Source of the DNA: an uncultured Clostridia bacterium
Lineage (GTDB): Bacteria; Bacillota; Clostridia; Christensenellales; UBA1242
DNA: 64,000 nt
Direction of reading: 5' to 3'
NCBI GenBank assembly: GCA_937895935.1
Contig: CALBKX010000024.1
Location: forward strand, 8,726 to 72,725
The stretch's first letter is position 1. Every line of letters begins with the position of its first letter. The notes beneath the pieces were generated by a model. That model saw only the letters and a list, made by a program, of their open reading frames with translations. It had not been told where the DNA came from and searched no databases. The position numbers and the translations under genes were made by a program. This document shows positions 39,958-48,736 of this stretch, one piece after another.

Positions 39958-40469
39958 TGTATAGTGAAAAAATTTTAGAAATTTTTAAAAATCCAAATAA
40001 TGCTGGCGGTTTGCAAGGTGCAAATGGCGTTGGCAAATACATAGACTCATCTTGCGGAGATACTGTCAAAATATATTTAAAAATAGAAGACGGACATATC
40101 AACGAAGCAAAGTTTAAAGCAATAGGCTGTGTAGGAACAATAGTTGCTGCCAGTGCAATGTGTAGTTGTCTGTTGGATTGTACCATTCAAGAGGCTTTAT
40201 CTGTTGATAATGAAAGAATTTATGAAGTTACAGGTACTTTCCCTAACGATAAGGAATATTCAATAGACTTTGCAATTAATGCTGTTAAAAATGCAATTGA
40301 CAACTATTATGTACATCTTGAAAAAGAACAAAAAAAGGCTGTAAATACAGTTAAAGCTGAAACAAAGGCTGTTGAAAAAAAGGAAAAACCACAAATTACA
40401 TCTGAAATCAACGAAAGAAGAAATGTCAGTGCAGCTAAAGCCGCGTTTGACGCTTTGTTTGATATTTAA
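39957..40469 (+). CDS. nifU: Fe-S cluster scaffold protein (NifU/IscU N-terminal type) with Lys-rich tail
   Basis: NPNNAG...SCGD...GCVGTIVAASA...C scaffold cysteines. ATAATG overlap with nifS. Confidence 0.88.
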   Translation: MYSEKILEIFKNPNNAGGLQGANGVGKYIDSSCGDTVKIYLKIEDGHINEAKFKAIGCVGTIVAASAMCSCLLDCTIQEALSVDNERIYEVTGTFPNDKEYSIDFAINAVKNAIDNYYVHLEKEQKKAVNTVKAETKAVEKKEKPQITSEINERRNVSAAKAAFDALFDI

Positions 40470-40527
40470 TTTTCTTTTTGAATAATTTTACCCTTACTAC
40501 ACAACATATAAGTAGGAGGGTATTTTT

Positions 40528-40677
40528 ATGAAAGAAGGCTTACTATGCGGTATGGTTATTGGTTTGATGGCTGGAGCATTGCTATATAAACATAATCCCC
40601 AAGCAAAAGATTTAGTAAATCAAACAGAATCAGCTGTAAAAAAAGAACTGAAAAATATTGCTTCTAAAAGGGACTAG
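40528..40677 (+). CDS. 49-aa small membrane/YtxH-like protein (not in ORF track)
   Basis: AGGAGGG lies 7 nt upstream of the ATG. It encodes MKEGLLCGMVIGLMAGALLYKHNPQAKDLVNQTESAVKKELKNIASKRD*. A strong terminator follows. Confidence 0.5.
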   Translation: MKEGLLCGMVIGLMAGALLYKHNPQAKDLVNQTESAVKKELKNIASKRD

Positions 40678-40718
40678 GTCCTATTAATTTGAGCTTAGCA
40701 ATATTATCTAAGCGATTA

Positions 40719-40762
40719 AAAACAAGACAAAATTTGATATCAAATTTTGTCTTGTTTTTTTG
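40719..40762 (+). terminator. Rho-independent terminator
   Basis: 17-bp stem AACAAGACAAAATTTGA / TCAAATTTTGTCTTGTT followed by a T-run. Confidence 0.85.
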
Positions 40763-41023
40763 TAAATGTAAGGTTTTGTTAAGATATTACTCTTTACATA
40801 ATTTCTTTACAATCTCAATTTGTAGCAGTCGAGCAAAGGCGGAACTTCTCCAAACGATTATGCTACGCTGAAATAAAAAGCAAAACTGTCAGTGCAAGCC
40901 ACGAGCTAATCTGGTTATGACTGTAATAACCGCAACAATAAAATAAAAAACAGTATTCTTTTGATATATTATTCTTAGGACTTAATATGTAATAAAATAG
41001 TTTAATTAGTCATATTTTAGAAT

Positions 41024-41224
41024 ATGAGCCAAGACCAAAACAAATATTTTAAAGTCAAAATAGAATGTGTAAATTCAATCAATATAAATAACGTCAAATA
41101 TAAATACTGCTATAATAAAAAAAGATTTAAAGCAAGTTTGATAAATAGTATTTATATATTAATGTTAATTGCTAGTTTTGTTATGACAATATATTTTTCA
41201 TATAACTTTGTAAGTAGGATTTAA
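41024..41224 (+). CDS. 66-aa single-pass membrane protein translationally coupled to the M50 protease
   Basis: Basic N-terminal half and a C-terminal TM helix (SIYILMLIASFVMTIYF). The stop TAA shares one nucleotide with the next ATG (TAATG). Confidence 0.45.
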   Translation: MSQDQNKYFKVKIECVNSININNVKYKYCYNKKRFKASLINSIYILMLIASFVMTIYFSYNFVSRI

Positions 41225-42075
41225 TGAGTAAGAAAAGAATTAAGTTTAGGTTTAGCTGGTTATTCATTGTTTTGGCTTTAAGTTTGTTGTTTTTTGATAG
41301 TTTTAAAAATTTTGCTATTTATTTTATTGTGGTGGCAATTCATGAGTTTGCTCACTATTTTGTAGCAAAAAAGTTGGGGTATAAATTAGGTAAATTTTAC
41401 ATAATGCCTTATGGGGTTTGTCTTAATTATTCAAATAATGTTTTTAGTGGAAATGATGAATTTTTTATATCCATAGCAGGGCCTGTAATAAACTATTTAT
41501 TTTGTATAGTATGTGTTGCGATTTGGTGGATGTTTCCTGAAACATACTATTATTTAGACTATTTTTGCTTTTGTAATTTAATTCTTGCCACTTTTAACAT
41601 TTTGCCTTGCTTCCCATTAGATGGTGGTAGAGTTTTAGTTTGTTTTTTATCTAAATTTATTGATAGAAACAAAGCTATTATAATTACATTAGCTTTAAAT
41701 TATGTGTTTAGTTTCTTTTTAGTTGTACTTTTTATAGTATCTCTCTTTAGTAATATTAATTATAGTTATATATTTATTGCTATTTTCTTGTTTAGTGGTT
41801 GCATCAACCCAAAAAAATATTCGGAGTATGAATATTTGACGTTAGGGGTTAACAAAAGAAAATTATATAAAAAAGGATGTCCAGTAAAAATACTAGCTAT
41901 AAGTAGTAGCGTCAGTTTATATAAAATTATGGCTAAATTTTCGCACCATAAATATAATATAGTTTATGTTATTTTATCTAATGGAATGGTTAAGGTCCTT
42001 TCGGAAAATAACATAAATAACTTAGCATTAAAATATTCGCCAATGCTTAGCATCGATGATATTGTTTGTTTATAA
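41224..42075 (+). CDS. spoIVFB: Site-2 (M50) intramembrane metalloprotease, SpoIVFB type
   Basis: HEFAHYFVAKKLG (HExxH in a TM helix), the FNILPCFPLDGGRV (NxxPxxxLDG) motif, and a C-terminal CBS-like domain. Confidence 0.78.
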   Translation: MSKKRIKFRFSWLFIVLALSLLFFDSFKNFAIYFIVVAIHEFAHYFVAKKLGYKLGKFYIMPYGVCLNYSNNVFSGNDEFFISIAGPVINYLFCIVCVAIWWMFPETYYYLDYFCFCNLILATFNILPCFPLDGGRVLVCFLSKFIDRNKAIIITLALNYVFSFFLVVLFIVSLFSNINYSYIFIAIFLFSGCINPKKYSEYEYLTLGVNKRKLYKKGCPVKILAISSSVSLYKIMAKFSHHKYNIVYVILSNGMVKVLSENNINNLALKYSPMLSIDDIVCL

Positions 42076-42620
42076 AAATTTTTAATAAAATCAATATTAC
42101 AACAAAAACTAAATATATGAAACAGACATTAAAATATATTTATAGCGTTGTATTTGATAATCTAAAATTTGCAGAAGCTAAGCATACATTAATATTAACA
42201 TTAGCGAGTGCAGTTTTAGCATTTGCAACTACTTTTTTTTCGGTTAATACAATTCAAAATTTATTAGCAATAGCCAGTGTAGTTTTTGCTTTAATAGCTA
42301 TATTTTATAGTTTTATTGCATTGGTTGCAAGAAAGGTCAAAATTAAACAAAGACGAATAAAAAATAGTTTTAATCTTATTTTTTACAAGGACATTTTGCA
42401 TTTTGATGATTTTGGATATATTGATGCAATTAAAAAGGAATATGATTTTACTAAAATCTATAAGCCAGATAAAATGGACTATGATTTAGCAAAACAAATT
42501 ATCGCAGTGTCCAAACTTGCATATATAAAATTTTTGTACTTTAATTTCTCAGTTGTTTTTTTAATGGCAAGTATAATTTGCCTAATCCTTACAGTTTTGT
42601 TTAGAGGCAATTTATGGTAG
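42066..42620 (+). CDS. 3-TM protein resembling Pycsar-effector/DUF5706 (SLATT-like) membrane effectors
   Basis: FAEAKH precedes two adjacent TM helices. These are followed by the basic stretch RKVKIKQRRIK, ~70 soluble residues, and a terminal TM helix. The start is ambiguous (TTG 42066, overlapping the spoIVFB end, or ATG 42117). Confidence 0.45.
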   Translation: MFIKIFNKINITTKTKYMKQTLKYIYSVVFDNLKFAEAKHTLILTLASAVLAFATTFFSVNTIQNLLAIASVVFALIAIFYSFIALVARKVKIKQRRIKNSFNLIFYKDILHFDDFGYIDAIKKEYDFTKIYKPDKMDYDLAKQIIAVSKLAYIKFLYFNFSVVFLMASIICLILTVLFRGNLW

Positions 42621-42961
42621 AAAAATTAGCATTTTGGCTTGAAAGCATATTTGAAGATGATCCGTTGCCTGATGAAATAACCAAATTAGTATTTGAGATA
42701 AAGTATAATGGGAAATATAGATATTTAAGTTTAAAGGGATATGAAAAGGAAATTAATCCAAATATAATAACATTTTTCCCTTTAGAAGCACAATTTTTTA
42801 GTTGTAATGAATTAATGGGACTAGACATTAAAACGTTTGTTTATAGAATTGAGTATATAATAGAAAAGGCTTTTTCTAGCAATATTTTAAAAATATTATT
42901 AAAAAATATTTTAATTTATATAAAACATAACGACAAAATAAAATTTTTATTCAAAGTATAA
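42614..42961 (+). CDS. Hypothetical acidic soluble protein (115 aa)
   Basis: Its start overlaps the upstream stop (ATGGTAG). AGAGG lies 8 nt upstream. No TM segment and no recognised motif. Confidence 0.5.
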   Translation: MVEKLAFWLESIFEDDPLPDEITKLVFEIKYNGKYRYLSLKGYEKEINPNIITFFPLEAQFFSCNELMGLDIKTFVYRIEYIIEKAFSSNILKILLKNILIYIKHNDKIKFLFKV

Positions 42962-42989
42962 AAAAAATATATTAATTTAAAATATATTT

Positions 42990-43541
42990 ATGAAAATATT
43001 TAAACAAATTGGTTTATTTCTATCTTCTTTTGCACCTTTATTTTTGCTTTTAATTGTTAAAGAGTTAACTGAAATAATTAATCAAAATTGGACATTTAAT
43101 TTTTTAAATACATTTTTATTGATAATTTTATTATTGATGCTTTTTTGGGGGATTTATATTTTAGTTAATTTATTAAAAGAAGTAAAAGATTATAAAAAAT
43201 CGAGCGTAAAAATTGTTTACAAAAATAATACCACTGATCAACATTTTTTAGGATATTTTTCGTTATTTGTTTTATTTGCAATAAGTTTTGAAATTGAGAT
43301 GTATAGTATGGCTATTGTCTTTTTTATGGTGCTTATAATGATTGCTATAGTGTATATAAAAAATGATATGTATTTCATAAACCCATTACTAAATATTTTA
43401 GGTTATAGCTTTTATGAAATTAAGTATGTAAATAATGATGGGGAAATAGTTGATGCAATGGCTTTTTATAAAGGCTCTTTAAATGAAAATGTAACATATA
43501 CTTTATGCACTAAATATCCAAACTTATTCTTTTTATGTTAA
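42990..43541 (+). CDS. Hypothetical 4-TM membrane protein (183 aa)
   Basis: Four hydrophobic segments and a ~45-aa beta-like C-terminal tail. No recognised motif. Confidence 0.55.
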   Translation: MKIFKQIGLFLSSFAPLFLLLIVKELTEIINQNWTFNFLNTFLLIILLLMLFWGIYILVNLLKEVKDYKKSSVKIVYKNNTTDQHFLGYFSLFVLFAISFEIEMYSMAIVFFMVLIMIAIVYIKNDMYFINPLLNILGYSFYEIKYVNNDGEIVDAMAFYKGSLNENVTYTLCTKYPNLFFLC

Positions 43542-43657
43542 ATATCATTGATACATTGCTCATTTAAATTTTTTCCTAAAACAAATATTTAAATTAATTT
43601 TTTGAAAATAACTTAAAATAATTTGTTTTATTTGCTTATATTTTGTAGTATATAAGT

Positions 43658-44917
43658 ATGTCAATGACAAAATACAAAAAAAAGATTTCATTCTATAGTC
43701 TACTTGGAAAAATTGGTGATATTTTATTATGGCCAGTGTTGGTAATAGCACTGTTTTCTAGTTTTTTTATGCTTGTTCAACGAAAACAAAATAAAACAGT
43801 ATCAATTTTTGGTTATTCAATGTGTACAGTGCTTTCTGGAAGTATGACAAATGATGGGTTTCAAAAAGGTGATACAATAATTGTTAAAAAAACATCTGAA
43901 AAGGATATAAAATTAGGTGACAAAATTGCATTTTATAAATCAACTGATAAAAATGCTTACGACAGTGATATACATTTAATTATTAGGTACCGCAACTCTT
44001 CTTATCCGCTTTCAAACGAAGATAACTTTGACTATGGTTTAAAAGATGGACAGCCTATTGACATTTCAAGCATAGCAAAAAAATACGATAAATCTGCTGA
44101 ATATTTGCAAAAAGCATATGAAGATAAAATGCCTATTATTTTTCATACAGTAATTGGAATTTATTATGACGATGACGGCAATATATATTATAAATCAAAA
44201 GGCTCCAGCAATGGAACAGCAGATGGTTCGCTAGTAAGAGGTGATTTGCTAGTTGGTAGATATGTTAACACACCTGTGGCATTTAGAAGAGTCGCTTCTT
44301 TTTGCGGAAGTCCACTTGGTATGATTGTGTTAGTTTGTTTGCCTCTTAGCCTATTAGTTTTAATGCAGAGTTTAAGCATAATAGAACAAGTTTCAATTAT
44401 AAACTTGGAAAAGAAATTATTGTGTGGTCAATTGTCTTATAAAGATGACGATATAAAGAAAGATTTACCCGGTTATTTGGTAGAAATTTATAATAAAGTA
44501 TATTATTATTATATAACTCCAAATGATGAGAAAGATGCAGTAAAAGAATATTTGTGGAAAAATTTATTTTCTTCAAATAAATTAAATAAAAACGATCAAA
44601 AGGAACTGAATTTGGTTATAGAATCAATAAAAAAATTAGAGAATTCAAAAGAAGACTATTGGAACGTATGGATTGATAACTATAAAGGTTCAACTAAAAA
44701 GTATTTAATAAAATATAAAAATGAAGTTTTAAATAATAATGTGAAAGATAATATTGAAAACACAAATAAAATTATTAAAACTGTTTCAAAAAAAGAAATG
44801 ACCCAAGAACTAAATAACAATCTGTCAAACAAAAATACAAAGAACATAACAATGCCTAGTAAAAATAATGGTACAATTAATAAAAAAACAATTGTGCCCC
44901 AAAAACCTAAATTATGA
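43658..44917 (+). CDS. SipW-like (ER/archaeal-type, S26B) signal peptidase I with long C-terminal extension
   Basis: LSGSMTNDGFQKGD (catalytic Ser), IIFHTVIG (His instead of Lys), KSKGSSNGTADGSLV (equivalent to TKGDNN..D), a second TM helix, then a ~180-aa K/N-rich tail. Confidence 0.68.
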   Translation: MSMTKYKKKISFYSLLGKIGDILLWPVLVIALFSSFFMLVQRKQNKTVSIFGYSMCTVLSGSMTNDGFQKGDTIIVKKTSEKDIKLGDKIAFYKSTDKNAYDSDIHLIIRYRNSSYPLSNEDNFDYGLKDGQPIDISSIAKKYDKSAEYLQKAYEDKMPIIFHTVIGIYYDDDGNIYYKSKGSSNGTADGSLVRGDLLVGRYVNTPVAFRRVASFCGSPLGMIVLVCLPLSLLVLMQSLSIIEQVSIINLEKKLLCGQLSYKDDDIKKDLPGYLVEIYNKVYYYYITPNDEKDAVKEYLWKNLFSSNKLNKNDQKELNLVIESIKKLENSKEDYWNVWIDNYKGSTKKYLIKYKNEVLNNNVKDNIENTNKIIKTVSKKEMTQELNNNLSNKNTKNITMPSKNNGTINKKTIVPQKPKL

Positions 44918-45098
44918 CTCTGTTGATTTTACAATATCGATGAATTAGATGTGTTTAATAAAATAAATTATTATCTAATTAATAATAACTTTTACTATAA
45001 GGAAAAGTTTTTTAATGATATAACAAACTTTTATTAAAATTTTGTAATAACTTTCACTATTTTATCATAGTATATAGCAATCTTGATATGGAGGTTGT

Positions 45099-46574
45099 AT
45101 GGAAAATTATGATATTTACGAAGAAATATCTCAGCGTACAGGAGGAGATATCTATGTTGGAGTCGTAGGTCCTGTTCGTACAGGTAAGAGTATGTTTATT
45201 ACTAAATTTATGGAAAATTTGGTTATTCCTAATATAGTTAATAAATTTTCAAAAGAAAGAGCAGTAGATGAATTGCCACAAAGTGCTGAAGGTAAAACTA
45301 TTATGACTACTCAGCCCAAATTTGTTCCTAACGAAGCAGTAAGCATTAATTTGAATAATGTTGAAATGAAGGTTAGATTAATTGATTGTGTAGGTTATAT
45401 GATTAATGGTGCATTAGGCCATGAAGAAAATGATAAACCACGATTGGTTAAAACTCCTTGGGACACAAAAGAAATGCCTTTTGAAGAAGCCGCAGAAATA
45501 GGAACTAAAAAAGTTATTGAAGATCATTCAACCATTGGTATATTATTGACAACTGATGGATCAATTTCTGATATTTCAAGAAATAGTTATTTAGAAGCAG
45601 AAGAAAGAGTTGCGAGTGAACTTATAAATCATGGGAAACCATTCGTAACAATTGTTAATTCAACTCATCCAGAAAGTGCCGAAACAATAAAACTTGCCAA
45701 CACATTAGCAGAAAAATATAATTGTTCAGCAATTGCATTAAACGTAAAAGAATTATCAATAAATGACATTGAGAACATTTTTGCTAAAATTTTGCTTGAA
45801 TTCCCTATTAAATCAATAAAAGCTAAAATGCCAGATTGGTTACAAGCTTTATCTTATGACAATGAGATAATTAAAGGTGTAATTGATGAAATCAAAAAAT
45901 TTAGTACAGATTTGACAAAAGTAGGTCAAGTTGATAGAACTGCAATAGCATTTAGTGAAAATAATGATTTTGAGCCTATTTCAGTAGATAGTATTAAAAT
46001 GGGTGAAGGAACAGTTTATTTTAATATTCAACCAAAGCAAGGATTATTTTATAAAGTTCTTTCTAATGCCTGCGGTTATTGCATTAAAGATGATTATGAA
46101 CTCGTTACTTATTTGCGTGATTTAGCCTATGCTAAAAAAGAATATGACAAAATTGCAAGTGCTTTAGAACAAGTAAAACAAACTGGTTATGGTATTGTTG
46201 AACCAAGAATAGATGAAATTGAGTTGGATGAACCACAAATAGTTAAACAAGGCGGTAGATTTGGTGTTAAATTAAAAGCAAATGCACCAAGTTTACATAT
46301 TATGGCTGTTGATGTTGAAACAGAAGTTAATCCACTTGTTGGCACACAAAGTCAAAGTGAAGAACTTGTATCTTATTTGAATGAACAATGTGAAAAAGAT
46401 CCAAATGCAATTTGGCAAACGAATATGTTTGGTAAGAGTTTGCAAAGTTTAGTTAGCGATGGAATACATTCTAAAGTTTTCCAAATGCCAGTTGAAGCTC
46501 AACGTAAAATGAGAAAAACATTGGGTAGAATTGTTAATGAAGGAAAAGGTGGAATAATTTGTATTTTACTTTAA
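45099..46574 (+). CDS. spoIVA: Stage IV sporulation protein A (spore coat basement-layer ATPase)
   Basis: It is collinear with B. subtilis SpoIVA along its length: GGDIYVGVVGPVRTGKS Walker A, ELPQSAEGKTIMTTQPKFVPN, and the C-terminal NEGKGGIICILL. Confidence 0.97.
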   Translation: MENYDIYEEISQRTGGDIYVGVVGPVRTGKSMFITKFMENLVIPNIVNKFSKERAVDELPQSAEGKTIMTTQPKFVPNEAVSINLNNVEMKVRLIDCVGYMINGALGHEENDKPRLVKTPWDTKEMPFEEAAEIGTKKVIEDHSTIGILLTTDGSISDISRNSYLEAEERVASELINHGKPFVTIVNSTHPESAETIKLANTLAEKYNCSAIALNVKELSINDIENIFAKILLEFPIKSIKAKMPDWLQALSYDNEIIKGVIDEIKKFSTDLTKVGQVDRTAIAFSENNDFEPISVDSIKMGEGTVYFNIQPKQGLFYKVLSNACGYCIKDDYELVTYLRDLAYAKKEYDKIASALEQVKQTGYGIVEPRIDEIELDEPQIVKQGGRFGVKLKANAPSLHIMAVDVETEVNPLVGTQSQSEELVSYLNEQCEKDPNAIWQTNMFGKSLQSLVSDGIHSKVFQMPVEAQRKMRKTLGRIVNEGKGGIICILL

Positions 46575-46615
46575 AATTAACCTCTATACTTAAAATTGCT
46601 TTCTAGATTGCAAAA

Positions 46616-46653
46616 TAAAAATCTCTGTGATATACTTATCACGGAGATTTTTT
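46616..46653 (+). terminator. Terminator/attenuator hairpin ending at the U32 start codon
   Basis: AAAATCTCTGTGATA / TATCACGGAGATTTT, whose 3' arm contains the GGAG SD of the next gene. Confidence 0.6.
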
Positions 46654-47865
46654 ATGTTAGAATTACTTGCCCCTGCTGGGAATTTTGAAAAAATGATTAC
46701 TGCATTTACATACGGAGCCGATGCAGTATATTTGTCAGGCAAAAAATTTGGACTTCGTGCTTTTGCTGGAAATTTTGATAGTGATGAGTTAGAAAAAGCA
46801 GCAATATATGCACATAGCATCAACAAAAAAGTTTATGTTACTTTAAACATTTTAGCACATGAAAACGATTTTGATGATGAACTCAAGGAATATCTTTTAT
46901 TTTTACAAAAAATAAAAGTAGATGCGGTTTTAATTTCCGATTTAGGATTAATGGAATTCTTAAGGCAAACAGCTCCAAACTTAACACTTCACGTTTCAAC
47001 ACAGGCAAGTGTTTTAAATAGTTATGCTATTAAAGCACTAATTAGGCTTGGTGCTAAACGTATCGTTTTGGCTAGAGAGTGTTCTTTAGAAGAAATAAAA
47101 AAAATCAGACAAAATATTCCAGAAAATATTGAACTCGAGGCTTTTGTCCACGGAGCAATGTGCATTTCATATTCTGGAAGATGTTTATTATCAAATTATT
47201 TGACTGGTCGTGATTCAAACAGAGGTGAATGTGTTCAAGCTTGTAGATGGGAATATTGTATTAGTGAAGTGAACAGAAAAGATGATAAATATCCAATTCA
47301 AGAAGACTCACGTGGCACTTATATTTTAAATAGCAAAGATTTAAATATGTTGGAGCATTTAAAAGAATTAAGAGATGCGGGAGTGTGCAGTTTTAAGATT
47401 GAAGGAAGAATGAAATCACCATATTATGTGGCTAATGTTGTTAATGCTTATAGAAGAGCAATTGAAAATTTGGATAGCTTATCAAAACCACTTTTAGATG
47501 AATTAAAATCTGAATTAGTTAAAACCAGTCATAGAAAGTACACAACAGGTTTTTATTTTGGCGCTGAAGACAAAGAGTGTTTAGAAAGTTCTTATCCTGT
47601 TCAAACATATGAATTTATGGCTTTGGTTATTGGTGATGCTAATTCTGGGAAAGTTTTGATAGAACAAAGAAATCGTTTTAAATTGGGCGATGAATTGGAA
47701 GTACTTTCACCAAACGATACTTTTAATAAAGTTATAAAAGTAGAAAAGATGGAAAATGAACTGGGTGAGGAGGTTTTAGATGCAAAAAACGTTCAAGAAA
47801 AATTGTATCTTTTCACAAATTTACCATTACAGAAAAATGATATTTTACGCAAAAAAATAAGGTAA
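46654..47865 (+). CDS. Peptidase U32 family protein
   Basis: MLELLAPAG and EAFVHGAMCISYSGRCLLSNY U32 signature. Start at the ATG at 46654; the track start at 46627 lies inside the hairpin. Confidence 0.9.
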   Translation: MLELLAPAGNFEKMITAFTYGADAVYLSGKKFGLRAFAGNFDSDELEKAAIYAHSINKKVYVTLNILAHENDFDDELKEYLLFLQKIKVDAVLISDLGLMEFLRQTAPNLTLHVSTQASVLNSYAIKALIRLGAKRIVLARECSLEEIKKIRQNIPENIELEAFVHGAMCISYSGRCLLSNYLTGRDSNRGECVQACRWEYCISEVNRKDDKYPIQEDSRGTYILNSKDLNMLEHLKELRDAGVCSFKIEGRMKSPYYVANVVNAYRRAIENLDSLSKPLLDELKSELVKTSHRKYTTGFYFGAEDKECLESSYPVQTYEFMALVIGDANSGKVLIEQRNRFKLGDELEVLSPNDTFNKVIKVEKMENELGEEVLDAKNVQEKLYLFTNLPLQKNDILRKKIR

Positions 47866-47871
47866 AAATAT

Positions 47872-48702
47872 ATGGAATACGAAGTTAAAAATAACAAAAT
47901 AATTATAAGAAACAAAAAAGACTTCAATTTAAAACATATTTTTGAATGTGGTCAAATTTTCTCTTACAAAAAAATATCTGAAAATGAGTTTGTGGTTTAT
48001 TCTAAAGATAAAGTTGCAATGTGCAAAGAATTTGAGAGTTTTGTTGAAATTGAAACGGAGTTCATTGATTATTTTATTAATTTTTTTGATTTAAACACAG
48101 ATTATAGCAAAATTAAAAATGAGCTAAAACAAAAATTCCCGTTTTTATCGGATGTAATAAGTTTTGGCTATGGCATAAGAATTTTAAAGCAAGACCCTTT
48201 TGAAACTATTATCAGTTTTATAGTATCTGCTAATAATAATATAAAACGTATACAAAAAATTCTATTTGCAATAAGAAAATCTTATGGACAAAATATGGGT
48301 AGTTATTACTCTTTTCCAACTATAAAACAATTGGGAAACGCCACAATTGATGATTTTACTCTTTTGGGACTTGGTTATAGGGCTAAATACATCTTTAATG
48401 CTATTAAACAACTAAAAAATGTCGATTATAATGTACTAAAGCAGAAATCAACAAGTGATTTAAATAGTTTTTTATTATCAATCTTTGGTGTGGGGCAAAA
48501 AGTTGCCGATTGCATAATGTTGTTTGGTTTTTCAAAACAAGATGTGTTTCCAGTGGACACCTGGATTGAAAAGGTCTACAACAAAAATTTTGAAAGTGAG
48601 CATAATAGAAAAATTATTAGGGAAAAATTACTTAATACTTTTGGAAATTTATCAGGATATGCTCAGCAATATTTGTTTTATTCTCAAAGAGAAATTAAAT
48701 AA
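47872..48702 (+). CDS. ogg: HhH-GPD DNA glycosylase, 8-oxoguanine glycosylase (Ogg) type
   Basis: GVGQKVADCIMLFGF...VFPVDTWI helix-hairpin-helix with the catalytic Lys/Asp spacing. Confidence 0.78.
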   Translation: MEYEVKNNKIIIRNKKDFNLKHIFECGQIFSYKKISENEFVVYSKDKVAMCKEFESFVEIETEFIDYFINFFDLNTDYSKIKNELKQKFPFLSDVISFGYGIRILKQDPFETIISFIVSANNNIKRIQKILFAIRKSYGQNMGSYYSFPTIKQLGNATIDDFTLLGLGYRAKYIFNAIKQLKNVDYNVLKQKSTSDLNSFLLSIFGVGQKVADCIMLFGFSKQDVFPVDTWIEKVYNKNFESEHNRKIIREKLLNTFGNLSGYAQQYLFYSQREIK

Positions 48703-48736
48703 AATAGTGCATAATATTTAAAATAAAAGGATAGAT

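Noticed and set aside
40689-40871. 60-aa ORF after the nifU operon.
   Set aside because: It spans the strong 17-bp-stem terminator (40719-40762) and has no SD. The region is better explained as terminator plus structured non-coding RNA.
45030-45080. Sigma-E type promoter upstream of spoIVA (CATAGTAT at ~45066).
   Set aside because: Only 5 of 8 positions match the -10 CATACAnT, and there is no convincing -35 at 16-18 nt. This is too weak to call from sequence alone.
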